From Enterobacteriaceae endosymbiont of Donacia provostii (GTDB taxonomy: Bacteria; Pseudomonadota; Gammaproteobacteria; Enterobacterales; Enterobacteriaceae): 32,000 nt of DNA. Made by a program: the position numbers and the translations under genes. Where the stretch lies: the NCBI RefSeq assembly GCF_012570145.1, contig NZ_CP046206.1:393803-425802 (forward strand), in the 5' to 3' direction. Under the pieces are notes generated by a model. The model did not search any database. It worked only from the letters and a program-made list of their open reading frames with translations, and was not told the origin of the DNA. This document shows positions 25,599 through 32,000 of the stretch, piece after piece; the stretch's first letter is position 1, and every line of letters starts with the position of its first letter.

Positions 25599-26870
25599 CT
25601 AACATAGTTCTAAATTAATTAATTCTTCTATTTTTTGTCTTCTTCTTATTAATATAGGAATATTATTTTCAATTAAGATTTCAGGAATTAAGGGTCTACT
25701 ATTGTAATTAGAAGACATAGATGCACCATAAGCTCCAGTATCATGAAAAATTAAATAATCATTAATACAAACTTTTGGTAACATACAAAAGTGAATTTTT
25801 CCATTTTCTAATTGTGTAAATATATCTCCTGCTTCACATAAAGGACCAGCAACAATAGTTTTAATTTTAATATCATTAGACATGTCTCTTCCATAAAAAG
25901 AAATTGCAGATATATAATGATAACTACCATATAATACTGGTCTCATTAAATCATTAAAACCTATATTAACTAAAACAAATCTATTATTTTTAACTATTTT
26001 TATTGCACATACTTGACAAATTAATATACCTGATTCAGCAACTAAAAATCTACCTGGTTCAATTTCCATTTTTATATTTTTTTTAAAAAAATTATTAATA
26101 CTATTCCTAGTTTTATTCCATAAATTAAAATAATGATTTGTATCAATAATATTATCAGTCCTTTTATAAGGAATTGATAATCCCCCACCTGCAGATATAA
26201 CATTAATTTTTGGCATATATGGTTGTAATATGTTATATAACATAGAATTACATACTTTTTGTAAATGTATATAATCTACCCCTGAACCTATATGCATATG
26301 TATTCCTATTAAATTTAAATCATATTTTTTGATTAAAGAAATAGCTTTTTGTAAATCTTTATACCAGATACCATGCTTACTATTTTTTCCTCCTGTATTT
26401 GTTTTTTTATTATGACCATGACCAAAACCAGGATTAATTCTTAACCATATATTATGACCTTTAGATATTTGACCTAATTGGTGTAACATATCTATTGATC
26501 CAATATTCACTGTAATATTTAAAGAAATCACACTTTTTAGTGTACATTCTTCAAATACATCTGAAGTAAAAATAATATCATTATTATTTTTTGGATTATA
26601 TCCAGCAACTAAAGCTCTTTTAATTTCTCCTAATGAAATAGCATCTACTTTTACACCTTCATATCTCATTAATTTTAAAATATTTATATTAGAACAAGAT
26701 TTTTGTGCAAATCTAATTATATCAAATTTTTTTAATTGTAAAATTTTATTTTTAATATTTTCTGCACAATATAACCAAAATGGTGTTTTATATTTTTTTA
26801 TTAAATATAAAATAGTTTTAATAGAAATATTATTTTTATTAAATTTTTCATCAAAAATTTTTTTTTTCAT
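25599..26870 (-). CDS. lysA: Diaminopimelate decarboxylase
   Basis: 423 aa (E. coli 420). Fold-III PLP decarboxylase blocks FAQKSCSNINILK (PLP lysine), SLGEI, IGIHMHIGSG, ISAGGGLSIPY, EPGRFLVAESGIL, VAGPLCEAGD, DTGAYGASMSSNYNSRPL. Confidence 0.94.
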   Translation of the reverse strand: MKKKIFDEKFNKNNISIKTILYLIKKYKTPFWLYCAENIKNKILQLKKFDIIRFAQKSCSNINILKLMRYEGVKVDAISLGEIKRALVAGYNPKNNNDIIFTSDVFEECTLKSVISLNITVNIGSIDMLHQLGQISKGHNIWLRINPGFGHGHNKKTNTGGKNSKHGIWYKDLQKAISLIKKYDLNLIGIHMHIGSGVDYIHLQKVCNSMLYNILQPYMPKINVISAGGGLSIPYKRTDNIIDTNHYFNLWNKTRNSINNFFKKNIKMEIEPGRFLVAESGILICQVCAIKIVKNNRFVLVNIGFNDLMRPVLYGSYHYISAISFYGRDMSNDIKIKTIVAGPLCEAGDIFTQLENGKIHFCMLPKVCINDYLIFHDTGAYGASMSSNYNSRPLIPEILIENNIPILIRRRQKIEELINLELC

Positions 26871-27162
26871 TTTATAAATCCTAAAATATTTTATAAAAAT
26901 TTTTTAAAATTATATATTTTTTTATATAATGAAATTTTTATTTTTTATAAAAATTAATATATTTTAAATATAAATGTTAATTAATTAATTTACTAGCCAA
27001 GATAATTGATCTATGTTATTTATTAAATAAAATATTTAAAATATATCATAATTATTTATATAATTTATAATTATAATTTAATATAATTTATTATAAATAA
27101 AATAAATTTTATTATTAGAATTTTATAAATTTATTTAAAATATTAAAATTTAGGGAAAAATA

Positions 27163-27417
27163 ATGTTACAAAAAGAAATTATTATTAATAATACTCATGG
27201 TTTACATACTCGTCCTGCGGCACTATTAGTAAAAGAAGCTAAAAATTTTGTTTCTGATATTACTATTACATCTAACGAAAAAACAGTAAATGCTAAAAGT
27301 TTATTTAAAATACAGACTTTAGGATTAATTAAAGGAACTAAAATTATTTTAAAAACTTCTGGAATAGATGAAAAAAAAGCTCTTGAACATTTATCTAAAA
27401 TTATTCAACACTTATAA
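27163..27417 (+). CDS. ptsH: Phosphocarrier protein HPr
   Basis: 84 aa. THGLHTRPAALLVKEAKNF (active-site His15) and NAKSLFKIQTLGL (Ser46 region) match E. coli HPr. An AGGGA SD is upstream. Confidence 0.96.
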   Translation: MLQKEIIINNTHGLHTRPAALLVKEAKNFVSDITITSNEKTVNAKSLFKIQTLGLIKGTKIILKTSGIDEKKALEHLSKIIQHL

Positions 27418-27527
27418 ATAAATTATTTAAAAAAATTTATTTTTAAATATTTTAGTAATTTTATAAAAAATTTTTATTATTTGAATAATACTTAATATAT
27501 AATTTTAGTATTTTAGAGGTACAAAAT

Positions 27528-29249
27528 ATGATTTCAGGAATTTTAGCTTCTCCTGGTATTTCATTTGGTAAAGCATTTCTATTAAAAATAGATAATATTA
27601 TTATTAATCGTAAAAAAATTACTGATAATCAAATAGATATAGAAATTAATAAATTTTTAAATGGTCAAAAAAAATCTATAAAACAATTAGAAGATATAAA
27701 AAAAAAATTAATACAAAATAATAATGCTGAAAAAAAATTAATTCTTGATGGATATATTCTATTACTTCAAGATGAAGAAATGACAAAAGAAATTATTTCT
27801 TTAATAAAAGAAAACTTAATATCTGCAGATTATGCCGTAGATTCTGTGATAAAATCTCAAATTAAAATATTACAAAATTTACATGATCAATATTTAAAAG
27901 AAAGAGCTAGTGATATTAAAGATATAGGCAATCGTTTAATAAAAAATATTTTAAATTTAAATATTATAAATTTAAATAATATTAATGAAAAAGTAATTTT
28001 AATTGCTAAAGATCTTACTCCATCAGAAACAGCACAATTAAATTTAAATAAAATTTTAGGATTTATTACTGATTTAGGAAGTAAGACTTCTCATACAGCT
28101 ATAATGGCACGTTCATTAGGAATACCAGCAATTGTTGGTACTGGTAATATTACTAAAAAAGTTCAAACAAATGATTACATTATTTTAGATAGTATTAATA
28201 ATAATATTTTTATTAATCCTTCTGAAGAAATTATCCAAGAAAAAAAAAGATTATTTAATATATATATGATAGAAAAAGAAAAATTAAAAAAAATTAGTAA
28301 TTTACCTGCAAAAACTAAAGATAATTATCAAATAAAAATTTGTGGTAATATAGGTTCATTAAAAGAACTTAAAAATATTCAAAATAATGGTGCTGATGGT
28401 ATTGGATTATATAGAACAGAATTTTTATTTATGAATCGTGATTTTCTTCCTTCAGAAGAAGAACAATTTTTTGTTTATAAAAAAATTGCAAAAAATATGT
28501 ATAATAAAACTGTTATTATTAGAACAATGGATATAGGTGGAGATAAAAAAATATCATATATGAATTTACCTAAAGAAGATAATCCATTTTTAGGATATAG
28601 AGCTATCAGAATTAGTATTGATAGAAAGGATATTTTACATACACAATTAAGGGCAATTTTAAGAGCTTCTTCTTTTGGTAAGTTGTGTATAATGTTTCCT
28701 ATGATTATTTCTATTGATGAAGTTCTTTTTTTAAAAGAAGAATTAAAATTTTTAAAAAAACAATTACAAAAACAAAAATATGAATATAATAAAAATATTT
28801 CTATTGGTATAATGATAGAGACTCCAGCATCAGCTGTGATAGCTCATTTCTTAATAAAAGAAATTGATTTTTTTAGTATAGGTACAAATGATCTAACACA
28901 GTATACCTTAGCTGTAGATAGAGGAAATGATTTAATTTCACATTTATATAATCCTATTCATCCAGCTGTTTTATGTCTTATTAAAAAAGTTATAGATGCT
29001 TCTCATTCAGAAGGAAAATGGACAGGAATGTGTGGTGAATTAGCAAGTGATGAATTTTTTATTCCTGTATTATTAGGGATGGGTTTAAATGAATTAAGTA
29101 TGAATGCTATTTCTATTCCAAAAATTAAAAATATTATCCGTAATATAGAATATATTAAAGCTAAGGAATTAGCTAATAATATTTTATTACAACCTACAAT
29201 TAAAGATATTCAAAAATTATTATTAGAATTTAATAAAAATATTTTTTAA
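27528..29249 (+). CDS. ptsI: PTS enzyme I (phosphoenolpyruvate-protein phosphotransferase)
   Basis: 573 aa (E. coli 575). MISGILASPGISFGKA, GSKTSHTAIMARSLGIPAIVGTG (His189 site), GIGLYRTEFLFM, IRTMDIGGDK, NPFLGYRAIR, MIETPASA, FFSIGTNDLTQYTLAVDRGN, WTGMCGELA. A GAGG SD is upstream. Confidence 0.97.
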   Translation: MISGILASPGISFGKAFLLKIDNIIINRKKITDNQIDIEINKFLNGQKKSIKQLEDIKKKLIQNNNAEKKLILDGYILLLQDEEMTKEIISLIKENLISADYAVDSVIKSQIKILQNLHDQYLKERASDIKDIGNRLIKNILNLNIINLNNINEKVILIAKDLTPSETAQLNLNKILGFITDLGSKTSHTAIMARSLGIPAIVGTGNITKKVQTNDYIILDSINNNIFINPSEEIIQEKKRLFNIYMIEKEKLKKISNLPAKTKDNYQIKICGNIGSLKELKNIQNNGADGIGLYRTEFLFMNRDFLPSEEEQFFVYKKIAKNMYNKTVIIRTMDIGGDKKISYMNLPKEDNPFLGYRAIRISIDRKDILHTQLRAILRASSFGKLCIMFPMIISIDEVLFLKEELKFLKKQLQKQKYEYNKNISIGIMIETPASAVIAHFLIKEIDFFSIGTNDLTQYTLAVDRGNDLISHLYNPIHPAVLCLIKKVIDASHSEGKWTGMCGELASDEFFIPVLLGMGLNELSMNAISIPKIKNIIRNIEYIKAKELANNILLQPTIKDIQKLLLEFNKNIF

Positions 29250-29261
29250 AAAGGATATAAA

Positions 29262-29768
29262 ATGAACATTTTTTCTAATTTTTTTCATAAAAAATCTAAA
29301 AAAATTGAAATTACTAAAATTTTTGCTCCTATTTCAGGTAAAATTATTGAAATAGAAAAAGTTCCTGATGTTGTTTTTTCAGATAAAATAGTAGGAGATG
29401 GTATTGCCATTAATCCAGTAGGAAATATAATTTTATCTCCTGTTGATGGAATTATAGGTAAAATTTTTGATACTAATCATGCTTTTTCAATTAAAACTTA
29501 TAATAATATTGAATTATTTATTCATTTTGGAATTGATACAATTAATTTTAAAGGAAAAGGATTTACAAGAATATTTGATTTAGAAAAAACTAATGTAGTT
29601 AAAAAAGGCGAAATAATTATTAAATTAGATTTAGATTTTTTAAAAAAATCAGCTAAATCTATATATACTCCAATAGTAATTTCTAATATTGATAAAATAA
29701 AAAAAATTAAAAAATATAAAGGTAATGTTATTGCTGGTATAGATCCTATATTAGAAATATACAAATAA
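29262..29768 (+). CDS. crr: PTS glucose-specific enzyme IIA component
   Basis: 168 aa (E. coli 169). VPDVVFSDKIVGDGIAI, TNHAFSIKT, ELFIHFGIDTINFKGKGFTRI (both active-site His residues) and TPIVISN. It completes the conserved ptsH-ptsI-crr operon. Confidence 0.96.
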   Translation: MNIFSNFFHKKSKKIEITKIFAPISGKIIEIEKVPDVVFSDKIVGDGIAINPVGNIILSPVDGIIGKIFDTNHAFSIKTYNNIELFIHFGIDTINFKGKGFTRIFDLEKTNVVKKGEIIIKLDLDFLKKSAKSIYTPIVISNIDKIKKIKKYKGNVIAGIDPILEIYK

Positions 29769-29783
29769 ATTTTTTTATATAGA

Positions 29784-29821
29784 ACATTTTTTAATAATAA
29801 AAAATAATTATTAAAAAATGT
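29784..29821. terminator. Hairpin after crr, between convergent crr and yebC (candidate terminator)
   Basis: 15-bp perfect stem acattttttaataat (29784-29798) / attattaaaaaatgt (29807-29821) with an 8-nt loop, starting 16 nt after the crr stop. The stem is almost all A:T (one G:C) and has no trailing T-run. A second small hairpin atatctta-ttt-taagatat lies at 29843-29861. Confidence 0.35.
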
Positions 29822-29917
29822 CTAATACATATAATGTATGTAATATCTTATTTTAAGATATATTATATTATGATATAATTTAATTATTTTTTTATTTACA
29901 AAATTATCAATAATTTC

Positions 29918-30643
29918 TTATATCTTAGCATTGTGATAAATATTTTTAATATCTTTATTATCTTTATATATAGATAATAAATAAAGTAATTTATTTTTTG
30001 TAATATTATTAATTTTTTTTTCTATAAAAGGTTTTATAATTAATTCATTTTTAATTGGTTTAATTTTGAATTTTTTTATCTCTTTAGTTAAAAATTTATA
30101 TTTTTCTTTTGTAAAAATAATTTTAATATTATTATTATTAATAATAATATCATTTGCTTTTAACTTTTCAGCTAAATTTAGAATATCATCTATATTATTT
30201 TGACATGAATATGTAATAAATATTTCTTTATTAAATAAATAATCTACAGCACCTTTTTGTTTTAAATTACCTCCAATTTCATTTAAAATTTTACGTATAA
30301 AAGATATAGTTCTATTATTATTATTTGTTAAACATTGTATTAATAATGCAATGTTTTCAGGACCGTATCCTTCATAATAAATTTCTTTTAATGTATTTTT
30401 TTCATAATTTTTATTAGTATTTTTTTTTTGTAAAATTTTATTGATTATAGTACGACTCATATTATGAAATAATGCTTTTTCTATAATTAATTTTAACTTA
30501 GAATTATACTGTGGATTTGTCCCTTTACCTATTTTAACAGCTGAATTTAATTCTTTAATAATTTTAGAAAATATTTTATCTTTTTTACTATCTTGAGATT
30601 TTTTACGATAACGTGTATTAGACCATTTGCTATGTCCAGACAT
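29918..30643 (-). CDS. yebC: YebC/PmpR-family probable transcriptional regulatory protein
   Basis: 241 aa (E. coli 246). The N-terminus [32 protein letters not shown] parallels E. coli [55 protein letters not shown] is the family core. It lies downstream of aspS, as in E. coli. An AAGGAA SD sits in the 18-nt gap. Confidence 0.92.
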   Translation of the reverse strand: [241 protein letters not shown]

Positions 30644-30661
30644 TAGATATTCCTTTATATA

Positions 30662-32000
30662 TTAAAAAATATATGATAATCCATAATCTTTAAGTAGATT
30701 AATTTCTATGTAATTTGGAGCATTAGTTAATAAACAATTAGCAGATGTTGTTTTTGGAAATGCTATAACATCACGAATATTATTAGTATTAGCTAATAAC
30801 ATTACTAATCTATCTAATCCTAAAGCTATTCCTATATGAGGAGGAGTACCAAATTGTAAAGCCTTTAAAAAAAAGCCAAAATTTTTTTGTTGATTTATTT
30901 TACTTATTTTTAAAATTTTAAATATTTTTTTTTGTATTTTATAATTATCTATTCTTTTAGAACCACTACCTATTTCATATCCATTAATAACTAAATCATA
31001 TGAGTCAGAAATTATTTTTTGAGGATTATTATCTAAAAAATTATATAATTCTTCTATAAGATAATTTTTTGGAGATGTAAACGGGTGATTCACAGAAACT
31101 AAATTATCTTCTTTATCTTTTTTAAATAATGGATAATTAATTATCCATACAGGATGATATGTTTTATCATAAATAATTTTTAAATCTTTACATAATTTTT
31201 CTCTTAAATATCCCATAGAAGACATATTATCATATTTATATTCTGTTCCTATAAAAATAATATCATGATCAGAAGAATTATTTTTAATAATAATATCTTT
31301 TGTTATATAAGAATTTAAATTAGAAAAATATTTATTTTTTTTATTAAATAGATTAATTAATTTATTTTGATATACTTGAAAAATATTTAAATCACTAGTA
31401 CCATAATTTTTAATTAATGATATATAATGTTTAAAATTTTGTAATTTTATATTATATAAATATTTATTTTTAATATTAATAGAAATAATTCTATTAATAT
31501 TTTTATTTTTACGAAAAAAAAAACTACTTATATCTATAAGTTTTAGATTATTTCTTAAATCAGGTTTATCTGTACCAAAAATTTTCATTGATTCTTGAAA
31601 AGTAAAAATTTTAAATTTGTTTAGATAAACATTATTTATTTTATTACATATATAAAATATCATTTTTTCTATAAAAGTTCTAAATATATCTGATTTTGTA
31701 AAGGACATTTCTATATCAATTTGTGTAAATTCTGGTTGACGATCTGAACGTAAATCTTCATCACGAAAACATCTAGCTATTTGATAATAACGATCTAATC
31801 CTGAAATCATTAATAATTGTTTGAAAATTTGAGGAGATTGAGGTAAAGCATAAAAATGATGTTTATTTAAACGACTAGGTACTAAATAATCTCTTGAACC
31901 TTCTAATGTAGAATTTGTCAATATAGGAGTTTCAATATTTAAAAACTTATTTTTTTCCAAAAAATTTCTGATATAATGTGTAATATTTGATCGTAATTTT
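30662..32000 (-). CDS. aspS: Aspartate--tRNA ligase (5'-partial; about 150 N-terminal codons lie right of the window)
   Basis: [93 protein letters not shown] and [19 protein letters not shown] are class IIb AspRS motifs 1-3. The track's start at 31960 is an internal TTG (Leu). The frame stays open to nt 32000 (...[19 protein letters not shown]), matching E. coli residues preceding FLDIETPML. Confidence 0.95.
   Translation of the reverse strand, partial: KLRSNITHYIRNFLEKNKFLNIETPILTNSTLEGSRDYLVPSRLNKHHFYALPQSPQIFKQLLMISGLDRYYQIARCFRDEDLRSDRQPEFTQIDIEMSFTKSDIFRTFIEKMIFYICNKINNVYLNKFKIFTFQESMKIFGTDKPDLRNNLKLIDISSFFFRKNKNINRIISINIKNKYLYNIKLQNFKHYISLIKNYGTSDLNIFQVYQNKLINLFNKKNKYFSNLNSYITKDIIIKNNSSDHDIIFIGTEYKYDNMSSMGYLREKLCKDLKIIYDKTYHPVWIINYPLFKKDKEDNLVSVNHPFTSPKNYLIEELYNFLDNNPQKIISDSYDLVINGYEIGSGSKRIDNYKIQKKIFKILKISKINQQKNFGFFLKALQFGTPPHIGIALGLDRLVMLLANTNNIRDVIAFPKTTSANCLLTNAPNYIEINLLKDYGLSYIF

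Noticed and set aside
27416-27444. Inverted repeat aaataaatt / aatttattt overlapping the ptsH stop, a possible intra-operon attenuator before ptsI
   Set aside because: The stem is 9 bp of pure A:T with a 9-nt loop, thermodynamically negligible and of a kind that is abundant by chance in this composition.
29522-29764. 80-aa minus-strand ORF inside crr
   Set aside because: It is antisense to the strongly conserved crr frame, with no independent support.
31958-31960. Apparent start codon of the aspS ORF in the track
   Set aside because: It is an internal TTG (Leu). The frame is open to the window edge, and the upstream residues [13 protein letters not shown] align with the AspRS region preceding FLDIETPML. 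The gene is therefore truncated by the window, not by biology.
1-32000. Search for CRISPR arrays, IS elements or transposases, integrases, phage genes, toxin-antitoxin or defence-system genes, and rRNA/tRNA genes
   Set aside because: None found. Apart from the five short ORFs lying within or antisense to larger genes (rejected individually above), every ORF in the track is a recognisable housekeeping orthologue. The only direct-repeat array is the in-frame grpE repeat, which has no spacers and is therefore not CRISPR-like. No G+C-rich segment compatible with a structured RNA gene is present.

Overview
This window reads as streamlined core chromosome of an extremely A+T-rich, genome-reduced gammaproteobacterium. 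It is Enterobacterales-derived and resembles obligate insect endosymbionts (Buchnera, Wigglesworthia or Blochmannia type), but I cannot name the organism from sequence alone. Proteins are rich in Lys, Asn and Ile, yet align nearly residue-for-residue in length with E. coli orthologues. The genetic code looks standard.

Gene order: grpE (5'-partial), rpmB, rpmG, rpmE(-), priA, mnmG, a 1.35-kb ORF-free spacer, nrdA, nrdB, arcD/ydgI-like antiporter(-), ybgI(-), ffh-rpsP-rimM-trmD-rplS, recD-recB-recC(-), mutH, lysA(-), ptsH-ptsI-crr, yebC(-), aspS(-, 5'-partial).

I found no rRNA or tRNA genes, CRISPR arrays, transposases, phage genes, or toxin or defence modules. I therefore cannot support a claim of a novel multi-gene system here.

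Features worth a second look:
1. A perfect in-frame 36-bp tandem repeat in the N-terminal tail of GrpE.
2. A PriA whose helicase/ATPase motifs (Walker A, DEEH, motif VI) are degenerate while all eight zinc-binding cysteines are kept.
3. The 1.35-kb ORF-free spacer between mnmG and nrdA, an outlier in a genome whose other spacers are 2-290 bp.
4. A C9 homopolymer inside mnmG.
5. Complete RecBCD plus a catalytically intact-looking MutH in collapsed E. coli-like synteny.
6. An Ffh M-domain depleted of methionines.

All functional calls rest on my recall of E. coli orthologue sequences. No database search was run.
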